From: Candidatus Hydrogenedentota bacterium
Lineage (GTDB): Bacteria; Hydrogenedentota; Hydrogenedentia; Hydrogenedentales; SLHB01
Length of the DNA: 64,000 nt
Reading direction: 5' to 3'
Assembly: GCA_963745075.1 (NCBI GenBank)
Contig: CAVUWV010000010.1
Coordinates: 224,001-288,000, forward strand
Made by a program: the position numbers and the translations under genes. Under the pieces are notes generated by a model that was given only the letters and a program-made list of their open reading frames with translations, searched no databases and was not told where the DNA came from. Below, piece by piece: positions 29,271 through 39,724 of this stretch. Within the stretch, counting starts at the first letter, position 1, and every line of letters starts with the position of its first letter.

Positions 29271-29627
29271 TCAAGCCTCTGACAACTCCGGGTCGTCGAG
29301 GTCGGTCTGGACCCAGCGGTCGGAGAGGTGGATGTCGGTGGTCTCGAGCCGGCCGGGGCCGAGGTTGTGGAACTTGTGCGGTATGTTGGCCGGCCCGAGG
29401 AGGATGTCGCCGGCCTTTGCCTCGATCTTCTGGTCCCCGATGGTGAACAGGGCCCGCCCCTGCCGGATGACGAAGATCTCGTCGTAGGTGTGCACGTGCC
29501 AGCGGGGTCCCACGCCGATGTCGTCCGTGGAGTAGAACAGGACCGTCACGTTCGTTCCCAGGTCCTTCCCCTCGAAATACCCAAACCCGCTCTCGGTGCG
29601 CGCGGCGCTCTCCGGGCGGTGCAGCAT
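29271..29627 (-). CDS. Cupin domain protein
   Basis: GPRWHVHTYDEIF..G...GDILLGPANIPHKF; RBS GGAGG before ATG 29627. Confidence 0.88.
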   Translation of the reverse strand: MLHRPESAARTESGFGYFEGKDLGTNVTVLFYSTDDIGVGPRWHVHTYDEIFVIRQGRALFTIGDQKIEAKAGDILLGPANIPHKFHNLGPGRLETTDIHLSDRWVQTDLDDPELSEA

Positions 29628-29877
29628 GGCGGGCTTTCTTCCCTCCAGATTCTGATTCAAAACCTTGTGCTCCTTCATGGTTGCGCGCGATTTGCCCGAA
29701 GAAATCGTTGCCCTTCGATGTCATCCAAGGGTAAACGGAGGAAAGGTGTGTAGAATTCCGTCGCAGGGTTCTTTTTTTGCGCACGTTACTCGCGGGGCAC
29801 CTTCGAGGCGTGCGGTGCGTTTGACGTAGTACGTCGTCCAGACCATACTGCTCGTGGAACAACAGGGGGGACTCTCG

Positions 29878-31131
29878 ATGGTCACATGGATCAGGATGCT
29901 GTGTCCTTTGGCCTTCGTGGTTTTGGTAGGTGAAGCGCCATCCCCTCCGGCCTTGGAGACTGTATCCGCACATTGCCTGACCATGGACAAAAAGGTGATC
30001 CCCCTCTACTGGCAGTGCGGCCAACTCTGGACTACGAACGTCAAGATGCCGGACCTCGTGCTGACGAACTCGGGGCCGAATCCGGTCACACCTGTCGAGG
30101 TAGAGATTGTCGGGTTGGCCGAGGGCCGGCAAGTGGCGACGCAAAGTATCGCGGACGATCTCGAAGACGTTGTACGACAAACAAACGCGCAATTCGTCGA
30201 CATCCTCGGGAAGGACACGCTCGACGACGTGACGAATCCCCGTTTGGCAACCGGTTTCGGCACGATGACGTTCGGCGGCACGAAGCTTAGCAGCGACGCC
30301 TCCATCCGCACCGGCGAAAGCGCTGTGCTCCTGCTCTCGCGCTGCCTGTTCTTCACCTACACAGGGCTGACCAAAGTCGAGGCGCTTCAGATCACGGTGA
30401 CCGTCCAGGATGGAGCGGAACTGAAGACCGTTGCGTGCCCGATCGACTTTACGCCGTATGAGACGAAGGGCGACTATGCGTTCCCGCTGAAAGGCGACCT
30501 TTGTGTGAACAATCTCCCAATGAATCTGACGCAACATCGGGTGGCCCTGTCCCAGGAATTCGCCTTCGACGTGATGGCCGCAGGGCCCATCGAGGATGGG
30601 CATGGTCCGTTCCTCCGCGGCCCGAATGCGCAGAAGCTTTCCGACTACCCGATCTACCACCGTGACGTCTTGGCCGCCGGGGATGGTGTTGTGGTGGAAA
30701 TCGGCACGAAATTCCCCGAATCGCTCGTGAGTAACCCGGCGGAGTTTTCGGAAGAACGGTTCCGGGACTTGGGAACGGATCTTATCGAGCAGATCGGGTA
30801 TGTAAACTACCTTGCCGGTAACTACGTCATCATCGATCATGAGAATGGCGAATTCAGCTTCTACGGCCATTTGAGCGAAGACACCATCCGGGTGAAGCCG
30901 GGCGACCGCGTATCGAAGGGCGACGCGATCGCCGCCGTGGGCAACACCGGCCATTCCAGCGAACCCCACCTCCATTTCCAACTTATGGACGCCAAGGATT
31001 TCCTCACGGCAAACGGATTGCCGGTCATGTTCACCGACGTGCCCGCATCAGCCATCAACCAGAACTGCACGGCCTCCAACGCCCTCATCGGGACCGACTA
31101 TGTGATCCTACGGATTGGATCTGAAGAGTAG
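29878..31131 (+). CDS. Exported M23 family metallopeptidase-like protein
   Basis: Signal peptide; QEFAFD, VLAAGDGVVV, GNYVIIDH, YGHL, VGNTGHSSEPHLHFQ. Confidence 0.88.
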   Translation: MVTWIRMLCPLAFVVLVGEAPSPPALETVSAHCLTMDKKVIPLYWQCGQLWTTNVKMPDLVLTNSGPNPVTPVEVEIVGLAEGRQVATQSIADDLEDVVRQTNAQFVDILGKDTLDDVTNPRLATGFGTMTFGGTKLSSDASIRTGESAVLLLSRCLFFTYTGLTKVEALQITVTVQDGAELKTVACPIDFTPYETKGDYAFPLKGDLCVNNLPMNLTQHRVALSQEFAFDVMAAGPIEDGHGPFLRGPNAQKLSDYPIYHRDVLAAGDGVVVEIGTKFPESLVSNPAEFSEERFRDLGTDLIEQIGYVNYLAGNYVIIDHENGEFSFYGHLSEDTIRVKPGDRVSKGDAIAAVGNTGHSSEPHLHFQLMDAKDFLTANGLPVMFTDVPASAINQNCTASNALIGTDYVILRIGSEE

Positions 31132-31134
31132 CTG

Positions 31135-31310
31135 TCCACCGATTGCACCGATTTTCACCGATGAAGAGAAGAGATACCAGTTGTCCGCAGATGTCGCAGA
31201 TGAAAGGTCTCAAGATTCATTGAATCTGTGTTTATCGGTGTCCTTCTGTGGTTCTGAAGGCTGTCGTCCCGTTCGTGGCAAACCACGGATACACACCGAT
31301 GAACACGGAT
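31135..31310. repeat. Cluster of CAC(C/G)GAT / CGCAGAT nonamer arrays in both orientations
   Basis: CCACCGATTGCACCGATTTTCACCGAT, CCGCAGATGTCGCAGAT, ATCTGTGTTTATCGGTGTCCTTCTGTGG, CCACGGATACACACCGATGAACACGGAT. Confidence 0.7.
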
Positions 31311-31656
31311 AAAGAATCGCGTTCCTCGCATCCTTTCATTGGGCAGTCGGCAATACCCTTCTGGACCCCGATCTCCAGTATCCGATGTCAGGACTGAAAG
31401 TCCGCCGCAACCCTAGCTCAGGGTGCAGCGAAGCGGAACCCTGGGAACGGGAACATCTCAATCCCAAGCGCTGAAAGTGCGAAACATCTGGGCATTGCCA
31501 TGTTCTATATTGAAACGCGTATGCGTCGCATTACCGATCAAGCTCCTCGTACCCTCACTTAGCTCAACTTCCAGTAATCACAAAGCCTATGTTGGAAGTG
31601 GTTTTAATGGAATGGCTTACCCTCGGACGTCCGAGGTGTGCTTTTGAGAACTTCCT

Positions 31657-31672
31657 TGGCATACCCCTTGCT
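31657..31672 (+). promoter_or_regulatory. Sigma54 (-24/-12) promoter upstream of dnaK
   Basis: TGGCATACCCCTTGCT = GG-N10-GC, about 110 nt upstream of the ATG. Confidence 0.7.
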
Positions 31673-31781
31673 CATCCCTTACCGACGGGCGTGGACCGCC
31701 CGTGAAGTTTGACGAAATAATCCTGTCCGGTGCGGGGCCGATTGGTTCTGGCGGCCGGGCTGGGAAGGAGGTTTGGTTGAT

Positions 31782-33701
31782 ATGAGTAAGGTAATTGGAA
31801 TTGACCTGGGCACGACGAACTCGTGTGTGGCGGTCATGGAAGGCGGCGAACCGGAGGTGGTTGCGAACACGGAAGGCAACCGGACGACGCCGTCGGTGGT
31901 GGCGTTCACGAAGGACGGGGAACGGCTGGTCGGGGCCGCGGCGAAGCGGCAGGCCATCACGAACCCGAACAACACGGTGTTCTCCATCAAGCGGTTTATG
32001 GGCCGTCGCCACGGTGAGGTGTCGGAGGAAGAGAAGCTGGTGCCGTACAAGGTCACCGGCGAGAAGAGCGGCGACTGCCAGATCGAGGTGCAGGGCAAGA
32101 CGCACCGTCCGCCGGAGGTTTCCGCGATGATCCTGCAGAAGATGAAGGAGACGGCGGAGTCGTATCTCGGCGAGAAGGTGACGCAGGCGGTCATCACGGT
32201 GCCGGCGTATTTCAATGACTCGCAGCGCCAGGCGACGAAGGACGCGGGCAAGATCGCGGGGCTGGAAGTGCTCCGGATCATCAACGAGCCTACGGCGGCC
32301 GCGCTGGCCTACGGGTTGGACAAGAAGAAGAATGAGAAGATCGCGGTGTACGACCTCGGCGGTGGCACCTTCGACATCTCGATTCTGGCCATCGGCGACG
32401 ACAGTTTTGAAGTGTTGAGCACCAACGGGGACACGCACCTCGGCGGTGACGATTTCGACCAGCGCATCATCGATTGGCTGGCGGATACGTTCAAGAAAGA
32501 GCAGGGCATCGACCTGCGCAACGACGCGATGGCGCTCCAGCGCTTGAAGGAAGCTGCGGAGAAGGCGAAGTGCGAGTTGTCGAGCAGCATGCAGACCGAC
32601 GTGAACTTGCCGTTCATCACGGCCGACGCGTCGGGTCCCAAGCACCTGAACGTGAACCTCACGCGGGCCAAGCTGGAACAGCTCTGCGAAGACCTGTTGC
32701 AGCGGACGAAGAATCCGTGCCTGCGCGCGTTGGAAGACGCGGGCGTGAAGGCGTCCGACGTTGACGAGGTCATCCTCGTCGGCGGTATGACCCGCATGCC
32801 GGCCGTCGGTACCATCGTGAAGGACCTCTTCGGCAAAGAGCCGCACCGGGGCGTGAACCCGGACGAGGTTGTGGCGATTGGCGCGGCGATCCAGGCGGGC
32901 GTGCTGTCCGGCGACGTGAAAGACGTGCTCCTGCTCGACGTGACGCCGTTGTCCCTGGGTATCGAAACTCTGGGCGCCGTGACGACGAAGCTCATCGAGC
33001 GGAACACGACGATCCCGGTGACGAAGCGGCAGATCTTCTCGACCGCTGCGGATAACCAGACGGCGGTAACCATTGTGGTGCTGCAGGGTGAGCGCGAGAT
33101 GGCGCACGACAACCGTGTGCTGGGACGCTTCAACCTGGAAGGCATTCCGCCCGCGCCGCGTGGCTTGCCGCAGATCGAGGTCGCGTTCGACATTGACGCG
33201 AACGGCATTGTCCACGTCGCCGCGAAGGATCTCGGCACCGGCAAGGAACAGAAGATCCGCATCGAATCGTCGAGCGGCCTGTCGGAATCCGACATCGACC
33301 GCATGGTGAAAGACGCGGAGTCCCACGCCGAGGAAGACAAGAAGCGGCGTCACGAGATCGAAGTGCGCAACAACGCGGATGCGTTGCTGTACAGCACCGA
33401 GAAGACGCTGAAGGAACACGGCGACAAGGTGAGCGCGGAGGACAAGGCGAACATCGAGTCGGCCTTGAACGAGTTGCGTGAAGCCCTCAAGGGCGAGGAC
33501 GCCAGCCGGATCGAATCGGCTACGGAGAAGGTGACGACGGCGTCGCACAAGCTGGCGGAGGCCATGTATCAGCAGGCCGGCGCGCAGCAGGCGCAGCCCG
33601 GTCCGGAAACGGTAACTGAGCCGCAAGGCGACACCGGCGCATACGACGCGGACTTCACGGTCGTCGATGACGAGAAGAAGGGCGACGACAGTGCCGCGTA
33701 A
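31782..33701 (+). CDS. dnaK: Molecular chaperone DnaK (Hsp70)
   Basis: [54 protein letters not shown]. Confidence 0.98.
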   Translation: MSKVIGIDLGTTNSCVAVMEGGEPEVVANTEGNRTTPSVVAFTKDGERLVGAAAKRQAITNPNNTVFSIKRFMGRRHGEVSEEEKLVPYKVTGEKSGDCQIEVQGKTHRPPEVSAMILQKMKETAESYLGEKVTQAVITVPAYFNDSQRQATKDAGKIAGLEVLRIINEPTAAALAYGLDKKKNEKIAVYDLGGGTFDISILAIGDDSFEVLSTNGDTHLGGDDFDQRIIDWLADTFKKEQGIDLRNDAMALQRLKEAAEKAKCELSSSMQTDVNLPFITADASGPKHLNVNLTRAKLEQLCEDLLQRTKNPCLRALEDAGVKASDVDEVILVGGMTRMPAVGTIVKDLFGKEPHRGVNPDEVVAIGAAIQAGVLSGDVKDVLLLDVTPLSLGIETLGAVTTKLIERNTTIPVTKRQIFSTAADNQTAVTIVVLQGEREMAHDNRVLGRFNLEGIPPAPRGLPQIEVAFDIDANGIVHVAAKDLGTGKEQKIRIESSSGLSESDIDRMVKDAESHAEEDKKRRHEIEVRNNADALLYSTEKTLKEHGDKVSAEDKANIESALNELREALKGEDASRIESATEKVTTASHKLAEAMYQQAGAQQAQPGPETVTEPQGDTGAYDADFTVVDDEKKGDDSAA

Positions 33702-33719
33702 ACGATAGATGTCCGCGGT

Positions 33720-33746
33720 GGGGCCTTGGGATGGCCCCAAGGCCCC
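33720..33746 (+). terminator. GC-rich hairpin after dnaK (terminator or stabilizer)
   Basis: GGGGCCTTGGG-ATGGC-CCCAAGGCCCC; no clear U-tract. Confidence 0.45.
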
Positions 33747-33775
33747 GCGCGGACCAACTTCGAACAATTGAAGAG

Positions 33776-33949
33776 TGAAGAACATCCCCCTTGATCCCCC
33801 TTCAAAGGGGGAAATGGGACGCGCACTGAAAGTGCGCGAGTTAGGAGACGCGATTGTACCGAGAGTTCGGTTGGTCATGTCCCGAGACTTAGCGATCCGA
33901 CGATTCAGAAACTCCCCCTTTGAAGGGGGATCAAGGGGGATGTTCTTCA
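33776..33949. repeat. Family A element, copy 4, between dnaK and dnaJ
   Basis: Perfect 37-bp terminal inverted repeats TGAAGAACATCCCCCTTGATCCCCCTTCAAAGGGGGA. Confidence 0.92.
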
Positions 33950-34015
33950 AGGTAATGGAGTCCGTGTAAATTTCTCCGTTCTCCAGACTACGAAACGAAA
34001 GGAAGTGGAATAGGT

Positions 34016-35203
34016 ATGGCTACGGTACAAGAACAAGATCTCTACCAAATTCTCGGGGTGTCGAAGGACGCGCCGCAGGATGAGATCCGCCGTGCCTACT
34101 TGAAGCTTGCGAAGAAGTATCACCCGGACAAAACCGGTGGCGATAAGGCGGCGGAAGACAAGTTGAAAGAGATCAACGCGGCCTACGACACGCTGAAGAG
34201 TCCCGAGAAGCGCAAGCAGTACGATCAGGAGCGCGAAGCGCGGTCCGCCTTCAGCGGTTTCAGCGGCGGTTCCTCGGGCGGTTTCCAGGGGTTTGATTTT
34301 GGTAACGCGGGTGGGTTCGAAGACCTGTTTTCGACCATGTTCGGCCAGGGCGGTCCGCGGACGGCGGGCCATGCGGCCGTGCGTCCCGGCAACGACCTCG
34401 AGATGGCGGTGCAGATCGATCTCAACGACGTCGCCAATGGCGCGAAGAAGACGCTGCGGTTCAAACGCTGGGACCGGTGCACCGTCTGTAGCGGTAGCGG
34501 CGCGGAACCCGGTACGAAACCGGAGACCTGTCCCGATTGTCATGGCTCCGGCATGGTGACGCATACGAAAGGCGCGTTCAGCATGTCGCGCACCTGCCCG
34601 AAGTGTCAGGGACAAGGCGTGTTCATCGGCGTGCCGTGCAAATCCTGCGCGGGCCGCGGCCGGCAAAAGGTCGACCGCACGGTGCAGGTGAGTATTCCGC
34701 AAGGCGTCGAGACCGGCACGCGGTTGCGCGTGCCCGGCGAAGGCGAAGCGGGCGATCCGGGCGCGCCGAACGGCGATCTGTACGTGCACGTCGACGTGCG
34801 CAAACACGAACTGTTCGAGCGCGACGGCGCGGATCTCATCTGCGAAGTGCCGATCACGTTTCCGCAGGCGGCCCTCGGCGCGACCGTCCAAGTGCCGACG
34901 CTCACCGGCAAGGCCAACCTCACCGTGTCCGAAGGGACGCAGTCCGGCGCCATGTTGCGTATGAAAGGCCTCGGGTTGCCACGACTCGGCGGCGGCGGAA
35001 AAGGGGACGAGTACGTTCGCATTGTCGTGGAAGTGCCCAAGCGGATCAGCAAAGAAGAGCGGGAGATCATCGAGAAGCTTTACGCCACGGATGACCCCAA
35101 CGGTTACCCCAAACGCCGCCGCTTCGAAGAACTCGTCAGCCGCTACGCGCCGATGGTGATGTCGGCGCTTGGGCTGGGCCTGCTCGTGAAGTGGTTGGCG
35201 TAA
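34016..35203 (+). CDS. dnaJ: Class A chaperone DnaJ with hydrophobic C-terminal extension
   Basis: J domain HPD, G/F region, four CxxCxGxG motifs, GDLYV; ends MVMSALGLGLLVKWLA. Confidence 0.95.
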   Translation: MATVQEQDLYQILGVSKDAPQDEIRRAYLKLAKKYHPDKTGGDKAAEDKLKEINAAYDTLKSPEKRKQYDQEREARSAFSGFSGGSSGGFQGFDFGNAGGFEDLFSTMFGQGGPRTAGHAAVRPGNDLEMAVQIDLNDVANGAKKTLRFKRWDRCTVCSGSGAEPGTKPETCPDCHGSGMVTHTKGAFSMSRTCPKCQGQGVFIGVPCKSCAGRGRQKVDRTVQVSIPQGVETGTRLRVPGEGEAGDPGAPNGDLYVHVDVRKHELFERDGADLICEVPITFPQAALGATVQVPTLTGKANLTVSEGTQSGAMLRMKGLGLPRLGGGGKGDEYVRIVVEVPKRISKEEREIIEKLYATDDPNGYPKRRRFEELVSRYAPMVMSALGLGLLVKWLA

Positions 35204-35218
35204 GCGCTACGCCATGTC

Positions 35219-36664
35219 TTAGCCCTGCGGTCCCGATCCCGGTTCCGGAAGTTTGGGCCGTGGAAACTCGCCGGCCAAGGCACGCTCGATCCACTTCCGC
35301 ACCCCCGGATCGCGTTCATTGGACAACGCGCGGCGCAGCGCATCGTCGGCTTCGCGGGCTTCAAAGTGTCCCAGCGCGCACGCGACGACTCCACGCAAAT
35401 TACTGTCGCCGTCGTTCTGTAACAGGGCTTCGAGATACGGAATGGTGCCGGGATCTTCGAAGGAGCTGACCACGTAGCAACATTGGAATCGTTGTTGGAA
35501 GGGATTCCGTGCATCCTGGGCTAACCCGAGTGCGCGGCCAATGATTGCATCCCGATCCGGTTTCGACGCGCGGTCCGCTTTGATGATCGCGCCCCATAGT
35601 CCGGCGAGTTGGTGATAGCCGGAATCGGGTTGTGCCATCCGTTGGAAGAAATAGTCCGCGTCGTGCGCTTCGAGGAACGCCTCCGTGTACATCCCGGGCG
35701 TTTCCGCGTGGAATGCTTTCGCATGCTTGTCCGGCGTGAACCGCGGTTCCGAGAACCACACCGTCCCCGGTCCTTCAAGCAGCACGCCGTACGCAAGACT
35801 TTGTGCCGTTTCCGGCACGTCCAGCGTGACTGTGTAGGTAGCGGCTTCGCGGGTGCCTACGATCGGTCGATCCTGCATATTGTCGAAGCCCAACGGCTTT
35901 TGATTCGGTCCGTCGATGCGAAGCCATAGGCCCGCCCAGCCTGTGATTTTCCTCCCGGTGATGATCGCCGTCACCGTGACCGGGCCACCCCGGTAGTTTT
36001 CGGCGGAAATTTCGTGCATTACCGTTGAAAATCCGGATGGTTCTGGAGCACTGGAGCGAATGAACATCGTGGGCTCGTCGATCCCGACGAAGCCGTGGGC
36101 TCCGCCCGTAACGTAATCCGTATGATTGGTTCCCGCCTGCACCCAGCCGGTGAACAACGGACCCCGCGTATTCAGCAGACCGCCGAATTCCGGCGTGATC
36201 GGCGACTTTGCGGAAATCGTTTTGACTTTTAATTCGGGTTCGGACGGTGCATCGTGGTTCAGGAAGGGCCACGAGATAGGAAGGAAGACAACGTAGTATA
36301 CGATCAACGACAATACACCCACCACGACCCATATTAACGGAAACCGCTTGCGTGGTTGCTCCTCAGGCGGATTCAGATAAGGCGCGGCCCACGGATTTTG
36401 CTCAACCGGTTCCTTGCCGAGTTCGGACCAGGACGATGCCACGTCCTCCGGAGTCCCCATGGTGCCAAGCATGCGTTTGACGTCCGGAACCGCCACCAGC
36501 GCTCCGGCCTGTGAATCCGCCATCTGCATGATGTGGCTGCGCAAATCAGCGACGACTTCCTTCGCATCAACTCCCTGACCCGCCAGCAGCGCTTCCACTT
36601 GCTGAAGGTATCCGTTCAGATATGTCTCTGCCTCGTCCGTCCACGTTTTCGCTTCGGTGTTCAT
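35219..36664 (-). CDS. Membrane protein: N-terminal HAAS/DUF1700-like helical domain, TM helix, galactose-binding-like domain, HEAT repeats
   Basis: YLQQVEALL..EVVADLRSHI..MGTPEDVA; one TM; GWAGLWLRIDG..FDNMQDRPIVGT; VACALG..LRRALSNERDPGVR. Confidence 0.75.
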   Translation of the reverse strand: MNTEAKTWTDEAETYLNGYLQQVEALLAGQGVDAKEVVADLRSHIMQMADSQAGALVAVPDVKRMLGTMGTPEDVASSWSELGKEPVEQNPWAAPYLNPPEEQPRKRFPLIWVVVGVLSLIVYYVVFLPISWPFLNHDAPSEPELKVKTISAKSPITPEFGGLLNTRGPLFTGWVQAGTNHTDYVTGGAHGFVGIDEPTMFIRSSAPEPSGFSTVMHEISAENYRGGPVTVTAIITGRKITGWAGLWLRIDGPNQKPLGFDNMQDRPIVGTREAATYTVTLDVPETAQSLAYGVLLEGPGTVWFSEPRFTPDKHAKAFHAETPGMYTEAFLEAHDADYFFQRMAQPDSGYHQLAGLWGAIIKADRASKPDRDAIIGRALGLAQDARNPFQQRFQCCYVVSSFEDPGTIPYLEALLQNDGDSNLRGVVACALGHFEAREADDALRRALSNERDPGVRKWIERALAGEFPRPKLPEPGSGPQG

Positions 36665-37022
36665 TGGACTGCTGACCCTCCTTTCGAAGGCTCTGGATTC
36701 CCCGCGCCAGTTCATCCCAATGGCCGTTCATCATTTCGCAGCACTTGACCCCGTTCGGCGTCAACGCGTAGTACTTGCGCGCCGGACCGTTGGGGGACTC
36801 CTCGAGCCGCGCGCGCAGGAGTCCCGCTTTCCGCATGCGCGAGAGCAGGGGATAGATCGAACCTTCGGCAATGCCCAGCCCCCGCATCTCCGTGAGACGC
36901 CGCACGAGGTCGTACCCGTAGACTTCCCCTTCGGCCACCATGTTCAGCACGCACAGCTCCAGTAACCCGCGCCGAATCTGCGTCGCCCAATTGTCTACAT
37001 TAAAATTGCCGTTCTGCCCCAT
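36567..37022 (-). CDS. PadR family transcriptional regulator
   Basis: TQIRRGLLELCVL, YGYDLV, EGSIYPLLSRM, GPARKYYALTPNG; stop as given overlaps the next gene by 98 nt. Confidence 0.92.
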   Translation of the reverse strand: MGQNGNFNVDNWATQIRRGLLELCVLNMVAEGEVYGYDLVRRLTEMRGLGIAEGSIYPLLSRMRKAGLLRARLEESPNGPARKYYALTPNGVKCCEMMNGHWDELARGIQSLRKEGQQSNEHRSENVDGRGRDISERIPSASGSAAGGSGS

Positions 37023-37170
37023 CGCCGTCTCCGGTAAATTGCTCCCGTATCTATAGGGTACCATAAGCTAGCATTTGTTGCAAGGTAGTTGTTGGACCGG
37101 CGGTCTCAGAACGTGATTCACTTATAAGATACTAATTTACAGGTGCTTACGGAACGAAGATTCCTTTTGG

Positions 37171-37325
37171 CGCCATATGGAGTGCGGCCGCTTGCGGCTG
37201 CTTTTCTTCAATTGGTGAATTAGCCCGAAGACGCGGTCGACGGCTACTCGAAAGGTATCGTTACCCTAACCGCAGGCAAGCCTGCTTCTCGAAAGCAGCC
37301 GCAAGCGGCCGCACTCCATATGGCG
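37171..37325. repeat. Family B element, copy 2
   Basis: Perfect 34-bp inverted repeat CGCCATATGGAGTGCGGCCGCTTGCGGCTGCTTT. Confidence 0.9.
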
Positions 37326-37384
37326 TAATTGTCTCATCGTCGGGCTTTGGTTACGCTGCTGAGTAGTACGGGAGGGGTTATCCG

Positions 37385-39489
37385 ATGTGTCTAATCCGTT
37401 TCGTCATCGTGATCACGGTCTGCACATTCGCCATTTACGCTGATGCCCCATCCATGCCTCGTTCGGATGGCCAAACATTACACGTAGATTTTGAGCAATA
37501 CGCCGACGGCTGGGTCGGTCCATTGAACGCGGGGGTCCGTCAACTCGGGGACCCGTTTACGGATATCAAACAAAACACAGTGGACCTGCTGCGCGACGCT
37601 GATGCGGCGTACACCGGCGAGCGTTGTGCGTACGTGTTCACCGACGCGCCGGATCAACGCGGTCACGTCATCCTCCAACGGCGTTACGATGCGCCCGAAG
37701 TAGCGGATGAGATCACAGAATTCATGTTTCGCCCCCTCAGGGAGGGCGCTGCGGATCTCCGCGATTTCGTTGTGTGGTCGGGGTTGGGTTACACGACGGG
37801 AAAAGTCGGCGTTCAACTCGTCGCCAGTGGTGATGCCGCAACGGGGAAATATGCTATCGATGTCGTTTCGGCAGAGCGTCACGCCAATGTCGTCACCGGT
37901 CTCGATCAAGCCGAATGGATTCGTTTTGTGCTTCACCGCAAACGCGACGCGAAGACTGTTGAACTGTGGGTAGGTCCGCCGAATGCGGAGAAATTCGTCG
38001 GCACGTACCCGGACGTCGATCCCGATTACGCAACCGGTCGCGCGGAGATTGGCGACACCTCCCGCGAACAGGAGTTTGGTTCGGGTTACTGGGACGACAT
38101 CCGTATCGGCGCGCCCTTGAGCGACGGCGGCGTGGTCGCTCCTGCAGAGACGATGCGCGATGTATCGAAGGAACTGCCGGAAATCACCTATCCAATCCGC
38201 GTCGGCAGCACGAAACAGTTGTTTGTAGACGACGTATTGATCGAGTCCATGGACGGATTGACGCGTGAGTTTCACAGCGTATCGAAATCGCCGGACAATC
38301 CGCTGCTCGTGCCCGAAACCGCGTGGGAAGTGGGCGGCACGTGGTATGTTCCGTATAACGTGCTCTGGCAAGTTCCCGGCGAGACCCTGCGTACCTGGTA
38401 CGGCGCCTACCGCCGGTCTGCGGATAAGTTGACCTACACCTGCGTGGCCGATTCCGCTGACGGCATTCACTGGAACCGGTTATCGCTCGGCACCTTCGAC
38501 TTCGAAGGCTCCACCGATAACAACATCGCGTGGGCGGGGCGCGCTATCAAGGTCGACTATGACCCGCGCGACCCCGATCCGAACCGGCGTTACAAGGGCA
38601 TGACCCGCGTGAACGGGTACACGGCCATGTATTCGCCGGATGGGTTGGATTGGACTATCGCATCCGAACCGGCCATGCAGCAATGCTACGACGCGACTTC
38701 GTTCCATTGGAATCCGGTTGACGCGAAGTGGATTGCGTCGGTCAAGATCTGGCACGACGGCAAGCGGGCCCGCGGCTACGCCGAGAGCCCCGATTTTGAC
38801 CATTGGACCGACACCTATCTCATGCTCAAGGCCGACGAACGCGATCAGCCCGAGGACCAGACCTACTCGATGTGGGTCTGCCGCTACGAAAGCGTGTTTA
38901 TTGGCTTATTGAAGAGTATTCTACGTGGCGACGGACCGGTGCGACGTGCAACTCGCCTTCAGCCGCAACGCCAAACACTGGGAACGCCCCTGGCGCGAGC
39001 CGTTCATCGACTGTTCGACTGAGAAAGGCGCTTACGACTACGGCAATCTCGATCCCGTCGCCGACCCCATCCCTATGGGCGACGAACTCTGGATCTACTA
39101 TGGCGGCCGTAGCCTCGAACACGATGAGCCCCCGACCGACACCAACGGCTCGCTATGCCTTGCCACGCTTCGGATGGACGGCTTCGCGTCCGTCGGAGGA
39201 ACCGGCACGCTCACGACGAAGCCGCTCATCCTGGAGGGTGATACGCTTTACCTCAACGCGGATGCGGAAAGAGGGGAGATTCTTGTCGAGATTCTGGACG
39301 CCAATAGCAGAAAACCGATGGAATCATTCACCACTAGGAGATTGCGAGCCAACACCACGGACGCCGTCCGCCAATCCGTGAATTGGAACAACGCGCAACT
39401 TCTCAGTACGCTGCGGGGTCAAGCCATCCGCCTGCGGATCCACATGAAAGAACGCGAATCTCTACGCATTATGGACCCAGCCAGGCTAA
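37385..39489 (+). CDS. Exported protein: N-terminal beta-sandwich plus five-bladed beta-propeller glycoside-hydrolase-like domain (GH32/43/130-like); frameshifts near 38915 and 39448
   Basis: KQLFVDD, NPLLVPE..WE, DSADGIHW, DPRDPDPNRRYKG, SPDGLDW, QLAFSRN, ELWIYYGG, LATLRMDGFAS, LYLNA; restoring frame gives ...NLYALWTQPG*. Confidence 0.75.
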
Positions 39490-39511
39490 CAGACAGGGCT
39501 ACGTTTGCCCC

Positions 39512-39641
39512 CACTGGGAGCGCCACGCACCAGCGTGGCGTAGGGTCGGAGCGACAATACTTTGTGCATGCAACGACGGCAATCGAGAGGAGAAGAAGGC
39601 TCTTCGAAGCGTCGCCAGGCTGGCGCCTGGCGTTCCCAGTG
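39512..39641. repeat. Family D element, copy 2, between convergent genes
   Basis: CACTGGGAGCGCCACGCACCAGCGTGGCG / CGCCAGGCTGGCGCCTGGCGTTCCCAGTG. Confidence 0.8.
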
Positions 39642-39724
39642 AGCAACTTCGCGTCTCCGTGTTGAGCACTAACGCAAAGACGCGAAGTCGCTAAGACGCA
39701 AAGCAGTGCGATTGAATCGAAGGA

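Noticed and set aside
29092..30981. 629-aa and other long antisense ORFs (2450-3601, 22995-24299, 26795-28288, 44166-45545, 55950-57362, 58087-59454, 59376-60776)
   Set aside because: They lie opposite well-supported genes in high-GC DNA and show no recognisable motifs.
31395..31485. TAGCTCAG-containing stretch resembling a tRNA 5' end
   Set aside because: No T-arm or cloverleaf; CAGGGTGCAGCGAAGCGGAACCCTG with flanking CTGAAAG is a REP-like hairpin seen once only.
31617..33950. 777-aa ORF antisense to dnaK
   Set aside because: Well-known shadow ORF caused by codon bias opposite hsp70 genes; its start lies inside a family A repeat.
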